From Neocallimastix sp. 'constans' (taxonomy: Eukaryota), in contig JBODTK010000010.1 of NCBI GenBank assembly GCA_050613775.1, forward strand, positions 310,001 to 374,000: DNA of 64,000 nucleotides. Direction: 5' to 3'. Below are positions 44,438 through 57,251 of the stretch, one piece after another (position 1 is the stretch's first letter; each line of letters begins with the position of its first letter). Made by a program: the position numbers and the translations under genes. Below the pieces are notes generated by a model. That model worked only from the letters and a program-made list of their open reading frames with translations, was not told where the DNA came from and did no database searches.

Positions 44438-45648
44438 AATTATTAATACTGAAAATATAATTAATAATGAAAGTATCAGTACGTTATCTTCAGTTATATC
44501 AACTACTGTTCCTACAACTATTTTGCAAACTACATCAAATCCTGCTAGTAATAAAACTGTAAAAAAGTCTAATAATTATAGTAAAGATATATCATTTAAT
44601 AACGGAAATGATATTATTAAAAATTCATTAATACCATTGGTTGATAATGAATTGAAATCAGTGTCAATTAGAAAAAAACAATCATATCATAGTAAAATAC
44701 CTACATTTAATCAAAAAGAATTCATTTCATCAATTAATAAGTCATTAGGTCATGAAAAAGGTATCAAAAAAGTTCTTTTCCATATTTCAGATCATCTTCC
44801 CACCACAAAAGAAAATGACTGCACTATTGAGAATAAAATATCGAAGTCATTCTTGATTGAGGAGAAGAATGTTAAAGATATATTATCTTCTTCTTTAAGC
44901 CATCCTCTAAATACTGAAAAGAATAATGAAAAGTTACTTTCTTCAGCATTAATGAAAGAAGAAAATATTAAAAATATACCTTTATCAGTTTCGAAGCATT
45001 CGTTAAATATTGAAAAAGATGATGAAAAAAATTCTTCTTCAAGTTTAAAAAATTCATTAAATACAGATTTTATTGCAAAAGAAGTTTCTTCTTCTATTTT
45101 AAAACAATCAATAAATGATAATAATGATGTCAAAACAAAATCTTCTTTAAATTCGGAAAATACATCAAATACGGAAAAGAATACTAAAATAGGATCTTCA
45201 AAGGATTCTACATATATGGAAAATAATATTGAGAAAGATTCTTCCTCAACTTCGAAAAATGTATCAGAAATAAAAGAAAATAAATTTAATAAAGAAAAAA
45301 ATAATGAAAAATCAAAACTTTTATTGAATATGAAAATTAATAACGATGTATCATCTTGCGAACAAATATTTAATGAAGAAAAAAATAAAGATAATGAGTC
45401 TTTAAAGCATTTGATATCAAAAGAAAATGATATTCAAAAAGTATTTCCAAAAAATTCCAAAAATTTACCAAATTCATTAAACTCTTTAAGTTCAAAAAAA
45501 TTATTACCCAATGAAGAAGTAAATGAAATTCCTTCAACTTCAAAATCATTAGAAAAATATAAAGACGATAGTATCAAATCTTATAATAAAAATAAAAATA
45601 ATTCATTAATAAAAGAAATAAGTGATCCTTCATATAATTTAGATGATG

Positions 45649-45720
<72 letters not shown>

Positions 45721-46724
45721 CTTTTTCACTATCAAAAACTGTCCATTTTTTTAAAGATGATTCTGAAAATACAGGTCCATTGGGATTAAGATCTATTTTA
45801 AATTCAAAACAAAATTTAAATGAAGAATTAATTGAAATTCATAAATCTTTTAAAAATTCGGAACAAAAAATCAAGCAACCATCTTCTTCAACCTCATTAT
45901 TAGAATTAAAGAAAAAAAGAAATAAACTTCATTTTGAAAATAAGTCTTTATTAATGAACGATTATAATAAAGTATATAATTCATTTTCCCCATCTAAATA
46001 TCCATCAAATATCAAAGAAGATTTAAAGAAATCAACTTTATTACAATTAGATAGTAATAATAGTACTTCTTCATCATCATCAACTATATTAGTTTTAAAA
46101 GATGATAAAGAAAAATTAGAATCTCTAACAGCAAGAGAAAGTTATATTAAAAAGGTGAAAAAGGATTCAACCCGTCGTACTGATTTAATATCTTCCTCAT
46201 CTCCATCTACATCTACAGATGAAAAGAGAAATCTTAATTCAACGTTAATTGATAAAGAAAAAAATTCACTGAGTAATAATTTTGAATTTGATATTTGCAT
46301 TCGGAATAATAATAATAAGAGTTCCTATTCAAATAATAAATTGGCAGAAAATAAAGATAATATAAATATAAATTCATTGATATTTAATCCCTCTGTTACC
46401 TCAAATGATAAGAAAATCATAAATATTGTTCCTGATAATGAAAATATATTGAATAAAAAAGAAAAAAAAATGAAATTAGAAGCTCATAATTCTTCAATAT
46501 TGGAAACTAATACCCAATCAAATAATGTGATACCCAATATTAACAATATTGAAATAGAAACAGTATATAATTCTGATTCTTCGGATAATTCCTTAAAAAA
46601 TTCATTAACAGATGGTATTATTTTGAGAACTTCTAAATCTAAAATATTAGAAAATAATCAATTTTCTTTGAAAATGAACCAAAAGAAATCAAATAGAATG
46701 AAGTCACTAAATAAAGAATTAACA

Positions 46725-46811
<87 letters not shown>

Positions 46812-47351
46812 GATAATAAAATTAATAGTAATTCTAATACTAATACTAATGATACTAATAATAATTCTAATATTAATAAAACTAATACTAATAATATTAA
46901 AAGGAAATTCCCTAACAACGAATCATCAGAATATAGTTTTACAAATTCTAATTTTATTTTCCGTCATGATTCGATTAAATCTTTAAAAGATAAACCAATT
47001 CCTATTTTATTTCATCAATTAAATGATTATAATAAATTTAATAAAAATGATAATACGATATTTAATTTTGGACTTTATGATTTTAAAGGCAAGGACGAAA
47101 TTAATAATAATAATGAGATTAATACTAATAGTAATAATAATAGTAATAGTAATGGCGATAATAATAATAATAATAAGAAGAATAATAAGAATAATGTCCA
47201 TAGTAGTAATGTTGATAATAATATTGTCGACAATGTAACTAATAATAATAGTAATAATAATAAGAATAAAAATAAAAATAATATTCATAATAGTAATGAC
47301 AATAATAAGAATAAGAACAAAAATAAGAATAATGTTCATAGTAGTAATGTC

Positions 47352-47383
<32 letters not shown>

Positions 47384-47725
47384 GAATAATGTCCATAATA
47401 ACAATAACAATAATAATAACAATAATAATAATGTCGACAATAATAATAATAATAGTAGTAGTGGTAGTTGTAGTAGTAGTAAAAATATTAACAATAGTAT
47501 TAGTGTTGATAATAGCAAGCAAAATCAAAACGATGAAACTGACATAGGAATATTAATGAAAGTAATGAAAAAAGAAGTATTTAAAGAACTTGAAAATAGG
47601 AAAAAGAAAAACAATATTATTAATCAAAAGCCATTAATTATTTCAGATAATATATTAAAGAAAACCAATAATATAGAGATTAATGATAATAAATTAATTG
47701 CTAAAACTAGTAATAGAATTATCAA

Positions 47726-47763
<38 letters not shown>

Positions 47764-50336
47764 TGTATGTAAAGAGTATTGCTTACAGTAGATTTATTTA
47801 TGATAGTCCAAAAAAAGACCCTATTATTGAAAATAATTTATTTAATATTAATAATGATAAGTATTATGATAATAATAACAATAACAATAACAATAGTAAT
47901 AATAATAACAATAATGATAATAATAACAATATCAATAATAACGTCATTAGTAATAACAATAACAATAATAATAAAGATAATAGTAATAAAGATAAAGATA
48001 TTAATAACATCATCAACAACAATAATAGCAATAATAATGATAATAATAATGATAATAATACTAATAGTATTTTAGATAAACTTTTTAATGAGACATATAT
48101 TGAAAAATTTAAATATAAAAAAGAAGAAAATAAAAATATAGATAATGATAAAGAAAAAATTCTTAATGATCATAAAAAAAATATTAAAGGAAAAGATGTT
48201 GAAATACAAATTCCAGAAGATTTTGATGATTCAGAAAGCAAATATAATTCAAAAATTAAAATTCCATTAACTAATAAAATGAAAATGATCTTGAATAATA
48301 AAAAAAAAATAAATAAAAAATCCAAAGATTCAATAGTTATTGATGATTCAGAAAATGATGATAATATATATAAAAATTCAGTAGATTCAATTATTATTAA
48401 TGATAAGGAAGATTATGTCGGATTATCAAAAAAACGTAAACGTTCTAAAGTCAAGAAAACCTCTATAAGGCATAATAACTTGAAGGATAAGAAATATTTA
48501 AACTATGATGATGGTTTAATTGATTCAAATAATTCAAATGATTCAGATGATTCAGATTTAAAAATTATTAGTTATGTTAATAATAAAAGTTCAAAAGATA
48601 AATCATTATTAAATAATAATAATAGTAATGCATTAATTAATATGAATTATGATGTCAATAATCAAAGTTATGAAAATGATGATATATTAGATATTATGGA
48701 TAATCTTTCAGTAGTAAAAAATGAAGAAGTAAAATTGATTAACCATGCGAATTTCATTCCTAGTTCTTCAAAAACAAAACAATATATTAATATTTCAGAT
48801 AAAAATTCTTATTCAAGTAGTAGTTTTGAAGAAAATGATAATAAAAATTATAAGAATCGTGAAATTAAAAAAGGTAATATTTATATGTTATTATTTAAAA
48901 ATTTAAAAATTTAAATCATATATATAACTTCATATATTATAAATTATAATAAAGTACTAATAATATTTAATTTTTATTAATATAAATTTATATGTTTAAT
49001 AATAATAATAATAATCATAACAATTATAATCGTTATCAATATCAATATCGTTATCACCATCATTAACATAACAATAATAATAATAAATAATAAATAAATA
49101 ATAAATAATAATAATAATAAATAAAATTTTATGGTATAGAATATATATCAGAAGAAAAAATCACAAATAGTGATGATGAAGAGGGTATTGAAAATAATAA
49201 TGAATTAAGTGTAATTATTATAACAGATTCTTCTTCAGTAACCCCACCACCTCCAGATTTGTCAATTAATAAAAATATTGATACAGAAACTATAGTTTTA
49301 GAAACTAATAGTAGTATTATTGATAACGAAACTATAATTTTAGAAACTAATAATAAAAGTAATAACTATAAAGATAGTATTAATAATAATAATCGTAATA
49401 ACAATGGCAGTGTTAATAATAGTGGTGTAAGGAATGCTCTAAATAATAAAAATGAAGTTCAAGAATCAAATCAAATTCATTTTAAGCAAGTTAAACAAGA
49501 AAATATTTCATCTGAATCTGTAATATGGCAATCTAGATTAAGAAATTCTACTATAGCAAGCCGATCAAAGCATTTATATGTATATCCTAAATATTATCCA
49601 TTGTCAAATAATAATTATATATCATCATCTTCTTCTTCTCATAAGAATAATAAAAACCGTAATAATAAAAATAATAATAGAAATGCTAATAAAAATAATA
49701 ATAAAAATAATAATAAAAATAATAACAAAAAAAATAATAATAATAATAGTTATAGTAATAGCAGTAATAGCAGTAATAGCAGTAATAATAGTAATATGAA
49801 TAATAACAGTAATAATAGTAATATAAGTAATAAGAGTAATAATAATAAAAATAATGGTAATAATAATGGTAATATTAATAGTGTTAATAATAATAATAAC
49901 AACAACAACAATAATAATAATAATTATAATAATAATAATGTAAATGTTATCTATAGAAAAATTCAAAATGAAAACAATATATTATTTGACAATTCTCAAT
50001 TAATGACAGACAATAATCATTTATCAGCTAACTTATCTACATTTATAATAAACTCACCTTATTCCCTTGATAATAATAAAACAATATTAATTTCAAATAA
50101 CAATAATAATAATAATAATAATAATAATAATTATAAAAATATAAGTAATAATAATAATATTTATAATAATAATAACAGTTATAATAATATTTATAATAAT
50201 AATAACAGTAATAATAATATTTATAATAATAATAACAGTAATAATAATAATAGTAATAATAATATTATTACTAATAATAATTGCAATAATAATACCAACA
50301 ACAATATTAATAAAAGTAATAATAGTAATAGTAGTC

Positions 50337-50375
<39 letters not shown>

Positions 50376-50528
50376 GTAGTAGTAGTAGTAGTAGTAGTAA
50401 TATTAAAAGAAAAAATAATAATAATAATAATGATAATAATAATGGTAATATAATTAATAATCATAGCAATAACATTAAAAATAATAGTAAACTTAGTATT
50501 ATAAGTAGTAATAATAATAATAATAATG

Positions 50529-50618
<90 letters not shown>

Positions 50619-52923
50619 GTAATATAAATAGTGAATATCATCTTCGTCCTAGAAGTAATAATATGAATTATTCTCTTGCTAATTTATATTCGCAATCACT
50701 TTATTTTCCATCTACTTCATTTTCAAAATCATATGAATTATATACTAGTAATAAAAATAAAGAAGTTTCTAATAATAAAAAAATTGATGAAGATATTACA
50801 AATATAGACAAAGAAATTTATAATAATAATATAAAAGATGATATTATTAATAATAATATATACCATGAATTAAATTTAGAAGAAAATAGTAATTTTGTCA
50901 AACATCATTTATCATTAAAATTTTTTTCTACTTTTAATTCGACATCTTCATCAAATTCTTCATTTATTCCATTTTTAGAAGATTCAAAAAAGAAAAAGTC
51001 ATTAAATCATTACAATAATAATAGTAACTTAATTGTTCATTCATTAAATAATAATAATTTTGGTATTTATGTTAATCTCCCATCTAAACAAACAAAAGAA
51101 TTTAAAGAAATCAAAGAAGTGTTGTCAAGGTCTCAAATAAGACAATGTTTAAAAACATTACATCATAGTAGAAGATTCCCTACACGTAGAAGATCACCTC
51201 GTATGTATACTTCCGGATCAAAAATATTTTATTTTACAAAAAATCAGCCATATAATTACTACCAAAAATATTCTAAAAATTCTTTAAAGCTTTTAGTATC
51301 GAATAAAGTTCATATAACATTTATTCGTTCGTTGATTTGTAGAATACAATGGAAAGATGCTTGGAAATTACTTAATTCAAAAATTTTAGCTACCTTTTTA
51401 AGAATCCAACTTGAAAATTATAGGTATAAAAATAAATTCAAAAATTATGATATTTTAAATGAAAATAACAGTGGAAAAATGATTATTAAAAAAGAAAGAG
51501 GAAATCATAGAAAAAGGAGTAGAAGTAAAATTAATTATTATCATCATAGAAAAAATGATAATAAAAGCAAAGAAAAAGAAAAAAAAAGGGAAAAAGAAAA
51601 GAAAAAAGAAAAAGAAAAAGAAATTGAAATAGAAGATATTAGTATAAATGAAGAAAATAAAGAAAATAAAGATGAAAACATTCCATTATTAAAAAATATT
51701 AGAAATTCATCTAATATTAAGCAGTATCCATTAATTTCTAAGGTATAAATATATAAATATATATTATTATTATTAAAAACTATTATATTTTAGTTATTAA
51801 AAGATATATATATATATATATAATTATTATTATTATAAATTTTATTTTGGTTTTAATTAAATTAAATTTAATATATATAAATAATTTAATAGACAAAACT
51901 ATTTAGTACAGTATATAACAATCGCTTAATGGAATTATTAGAATTAAATGATTTAAATAGTTTATTAAAAAATCTATATTATATAAATCAACCAATTAAT
52001 AGTTATTTTAAATATAATACCCTTAAATATTTGAAAAATTTTGAAACAAAAAAATTAAATACAAAATCTAATGTAAATGATCTAAATAAATATTCTTACT
52101 TCAAAGATAAAAATTATTTTGAATGGGAATGTCCAATGGATCATTGTCATAAAAAATATTATCTTTCGATTTATGCTCCTAAAGTTCATGATATATTGGA
52201 AAATAAGAAAATATTTAGTAAAAATTGGTATAAACGTAATCCTCATTATAAAAGATATCATGGTCATTGTAGAGTTGCTCGCATCTTTAATTCTTTTTAT
52301 GAATCACATCTTAATAATTTGAAACAAATCGATGATTTAAAAATTATAGATCACCTTTTGGAACATCGAAGAGTTATTACTGAGTGTTTAAACAAAAAAA
52401 TTAAGGAAAAAAAGGAAATTGAACCAAATTATAAAAGTCCAAAATCTCTTCTCACAATTAAATCATCATTAAATTCTTACGAGTTAATTGATTTTGCAAA
52501 TAATGATGATAAGAATAATGATGATACAATATTATTTTTCAATGATACCAATAATAGTGAATTAGAAGCATCATCATCATCATCTATTAATAATGTTAAT
52601 AATAGTAAAAATGAAGCATTACCCTATCATTCATTGTTCAATAGAAATACTTTTGAATTCTATCCACAAGTTAATGTAAATATAAAGGTAATTAATTAAT
52701 TTTATAAATAAATTTATAAAAATCTTTATATATATATATGTTTTATTTTATTTTATTTTTTTTTTTTTTTTTAAAAAAAAAAATTAAAGTATATAGTAAT
52801 ATTATCGAATTATAATAAAAATAATTAATTAATTTTTAAATAATTAATTTATCTAAAGGTTAATTCTGATATGATGCATGGTTATGAGTAAGTATATATA
52901 TAATTTTTATAAATTATAAGAGT

Positions 52924-52967
<44 letters not shown>

Positions 52968-53230
52968 TTTTATGTATGTATGTATGTATGTATAGTTTAT
53001 TTAAAGAAAAATTAAAAGAAAAAATAAAAGAACATGAACAAAAAGAGACGCAGTCTAAATCAATTATAAGTAAGAGTTATAATAATAAATATTTTATATA
53101 AAGATTTATATATTTCATAAATAATTTATTAACAATTTTGTTTTTATTTTTATTTTTATTTTTATTTTTTATTTTTTTATATATATATTTATAATTAAAT
53201 CAAGATTTTGCTTTTGGAGATTTAAAGTAG
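40814..53230 (+). CDS. Giant Asn-rich low-complexity protein, 11 exons, about 3621 aa, with a C-terminal Cys/His motif; function unknown
   Basis: Exons 40814-40826, 40991-41012, 41139-41145, 41295-42063, 42172-43425, 43600-48873, 49140-51742, 51893-52687, 52859-52887, 52996-53069, 53205-53230. All ten introns are GT-AG with matching phases (10866 nt), uniting five + strand ORFs of the track. The small terminal exons are less certain. Confidence 0.75.
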
Positions 53231-53788
53231 ATTAAAATAACAGAACAAAACAGAAAAAAACAAAATGCAAATAATAATAAGAATATAGTAACAATAATTT
53301 GCTCTATATATTAATTTATCTTTATCAATATCAAAATTAAAGAAGTAATTAAACTATCTAATTTTTCATTGAAATAATTTTAATTTATATAAGTTGATTT
53401 TTTTTTTTTTTTTTATATAATTATTATTTATAAATGTATAGATTTTTATTTGTTTTTCTTATTAGAATTTTATGTTATATATTATATATTTTACTTTTAA
53501 TCAATCTATTAATTTAATTGATTTAATTGAATAAAAAAAAAAATTATATAAAATACAAATTTTTATTAACATTATTAATATAAAAAAATTTTTTTTTTCT
53601 TTTAAAAAATTATATTTTTCATAAATTCATAAAATTACTAAATTGTCATTTATAAAATAAAATTATTTTTTAGTATGATTATTTAAAGTATTAAATTTAT
53701 AAATTTAAATTTATTGATATAATTATTACTGAAATTTATTGTATTTAAAATTATATATATATATTAAAGAATAATATAGATATATATT

Positions 53789-53838
<50 letters not shown>

Positions 53839-54049
53839 AATATTAATATATATAATATATATATATTTGTTATTTAAATTTAATTAATTAATAATAATAA
53901 TAAGAATAATTCATTTTTTTAGAAAATTATATATTTATGTTAATTTTCAATATATTAAATATAATAAATAATTTAAATAATTAAATAAATTAAAAAATTT
54001 ATAAGAAATATTTTAGCAATAATAATTCATACTTAATATTTAAGTTGAG

Positions 54050-54290
54050 TTTACCCTCAAGAGAGTGTCTTCTTCTTCTTTCCTATTTCAAATTTTATGG
54101 AGCTTGTGGAATTTCTTACCAATGTTAATACCTAATATGTATTGTGATTTATTATTTTTACACTATGATCAATTTGTATACCATTAGACTTCGACGTCGA
54201 AACGATAAGTCAAAGAATGATAATTTTTATTTTCATGGAGTTATTAGCGATGAATGGGAAGAGTTATAGGTCATTTCGTCCTCAAAATTA
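54050..54290 (+). mobile_element. Short fragment of the same LINE family 3' region
   Basis: gagcttgtggaatttcttaccaatgttaataccta...tcgacgtcg...gataagtcaaagaatgataat is colinear with 36257-36392 (gggcttggcagaattcttaactagcgcaataccta...tcgacgtcg...gataaggcataatgataat). Confidence 0.6.
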
Positions 54291-54953
54291 ATAACGTATT
54301 TTTTTTTAAAGTTTAATTTTTATAATAGATTATTATCTACAGAAATATCATTTTATGATGTTTTTTTTTTTTAAAAAAAAAAACTATAATATTATAATAT
54401 AATATATTTTATATAATTATATAATATATAATTAGTTCAAAATGCTAAAGATAGTATTTCAGGTCAATATAGGTGAAAAAAAAAAAATGGTACCAAATTT
54501 CCTAAATATTAATAGAATAGAATTGATGACATGGTATTTCTTGAACTCATTGAAAAGATAGAAAGTAAAAATAAAAATTGATGGAATTTATTTCATTGAA
54601 TTTATGAATAAATTTTTAGGATGTGTTTCTGAATATTATACAAATTTTAAACATTATTCTGTTGTTCCAAATTAAAATAGTTATTTTATAAACTTAATAG
54701 ATTATATAACTAAATCATATTCCCAGATTTATTCAAAAATATGTTTAAAAATATTTTTTAATATTAATATAAAAAATGAATTAATTCATATAATTTAATA
54801 TCGATAGAATCATACTAAAGATATTTATGATTATGTTGATGCATTGAATAATTATTTCGAAATTAACGAAGAATACGATTATAATAGTTCAAATTACATA
54901 CTAATACAAAATAAAATAGAAGCCGCTAAACATCTTAAATGAATTATTCCTAA

Positions 54954-55031
<78 letters not shown>

Positions 55032-56279
55032 TAAATGTACAATAATAAACAAGAAAAAAAAAAAAAAAAAGAAAGAAAACTTTTTGATTTATATAAAATA
55101 CTCACATGTAATAATTACGATTATGTTGAAATTGATAGAGATGATAATAATTATAATATATGATAAATTTCAAATAAATATATATATATATGATATAATA
55201 AATAATGCTATTGAAAGTAAAAGGAATATTAGTTCATTATCCTCTTATATCAGGGATGAAGATGATATATTAAATCGTTTACGAACATATATTGAATATT
55301 TTTCATCTGATGAAAATGCTATTCCAATTCAAAATTAAGAAATATGCTTCCAAAAAGACCTATATAACAAAGGAAAATGTGATACTAATGAAAGTTCTAA
55401 AAGAACAGAATTAATACTTAATGAATTAAAAGATATTGCAAAAAAAAAAATTAGGTTATGATTGTAAGAACTATTCTTCTTCTCCCTAAAATAATGAGTA
55501 GTTTACGTTCAAAGAATAAAACATATTTTGAAGTTTGTAGAGAAATTGATAAAATTATTTGTAAAAAATATAACAATCCAAAAAATTACTCAAATATATA
55601 TTTTAAAATTTTATATGATATTAATTAAAACAAATATTAAATTTAATTTAATTTAGACTTTTTATAATAAAAAAAAAGGGGGCCCTTCCAATAAAAGGAA
55701 ACAAACAGATGATAATATTATAAGACATATTTTTATGTTTGTACTAATACTCCATTTGTAAATAAAATAAAATGTAATAAGAAAATAACACCATATAATT
55801 TTTAATATATAATAAATAATTTATATTAAATATAAAAAATAATAAAAAAATATTTAACATAATTATAATGTTTTTCTAAAAAAAATTCACTAGAAATATT
55901 ATATACATTAATTAATACTAAATTGCTATATCTAAGTTGTTATTATTATTTGAATTTTTAAGCAATTACCAAATGGAAGTAGTATGAATACTTTTTCTTT
56001 GATACAAATTTATTATTTTTGTTATAATAATATATAAGTAATAAAATTTGATATGCCATAAAAAACAATAACAATAATAATAATATAACCATTTATTAAT
56101 TAAAATTTTAATACTTTTTTATTATTAAAGAATATTTTTTACTATAATGTTTTTTTTTTTTTTTTTTCTATTTTTATTTACCAAATTTAATTTTTATTTA
56201 TTTATTTTTTATATATTTATTTATTTATTTATTTATCTATTTATTTATTTATCTATTTATTTATTTATCTATTTATTTA

Positions 56280-57251
56280 TTATTTTTTATTTTTTAAACT
56301 TTTAACCCAACTCTTAACTTTTTTAGCAATAGCTTCCTTTTTATCAAACATAATATCATGGCCAGTTTCCATGATAACAATTTCGTTGTAAGGGGATTTA
56401 TAAATTCTATCTTGATGAATTTCCAACCAATCAGAATATGAATTACAAGTATCGGAAGAAAGAATTTGAAGAGTAGGAACAGATTTTGGGAATTTCACAT
56501 CTTTAACGACTTCATAATTTCTAGGTGAATTTTCGTATTCGCTTGCGATATTATCATTACAATAGGAATTTTCAAAAAGAGTAGTATAAATCTGTCTATC
56601 CTCTTCAGAATATTCATAATATTCAGTATGGCTCATTAACTTATCAATAATTTTTTTTTTAGTTACTTTTGCTATTTCTGAATCACCTGACCATGTATTA
56701 TTATTGTACATTCTGTTACATTCAAGTTTTTCTGCTATTAAAGAATCATAACCGATTAATGAATCTTGGCCATTTTGTGCAGAATTATCCAAACCTATAA
56801 ATCCTTTAACTTCTTTAGGATACTGTATGATATAATTTAAGGCATATAAACCACCAATGGAATGACCTGCTAAATAGAATTTCTTTAAACCAAGCTTATG
56901 AACAGCCTTGTGTAATTCCTTTGTAATATTTTCAATAGTTCTTGGTTTCTTTGACACATCAGAATAACCATGACCAAAAGGTTCAATAATAATAATTTTA
57001 AATTCATCAGATAATGCTTCAGCCAATGGCTTATAGGTCATTATTGGAGACAGTATATTTAAACCTGACATGAAAACAATAGTTTGTTTAATTTTTTTAC
57101 CATAGTTACCATAGATACTCAATGACATTTTTTCACCATTAATTTTGATAAATTTTTGGGTAGGATCCCTATTTATATGTCTAGCATCAACAAAATTCCA
57201 GCGTACAAAAGACGTAAGTAATAAAGTAAACAAAATGGTAATTAATTTCAT
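56280..57251 (-). CDS. Secreted alpha/beta-fold hydrolase, intronless, 323 aa
   Basis: Hydrophobic signal-peptide-like N-terminus; TIVFMSGL, EPFGHGYSD, PRTIENITKELH, nucleophile elbow GHSIGG, YPKEVKGFIGLD, and a C-terminal TGHDI histidine. Confidence 0.92.
   Translation of the reverse strand: MKLITILFTLLLTSFVRWNFVDARHINRDPTQKFIKINGEKMSLSIYGNYGKKIKQTIVFMSGLNILSPIMTYKPLAEALSDEFKIIIIEPFGHGYSDVSKKPRTIENITKELHKAVHKLGLKKFYLAGHSIGGLYALNYIIQYPKEVKGFIGLDNSAQNGQDSLIGYDSLIAEKLECNRMYNNNTWSGDSEIAKVTKKKIIDKLMSHTEYYEYSEEDRQIYTTLFENSYCNDNIASEYENSPRNYEVVKDVKFPKSVPTLQILSSDTCNSYSDWLEIHQDRIYKSPYNEIVIMETGHDIMFDKKEAIAKKVKSWVKSLKNKK

Noticed and set aside
41609..50641. Many poly-Ile and poly-Leu ORFs on both strands
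   Set aside because: Off-frame readings of AAT repeats within the giant gene.
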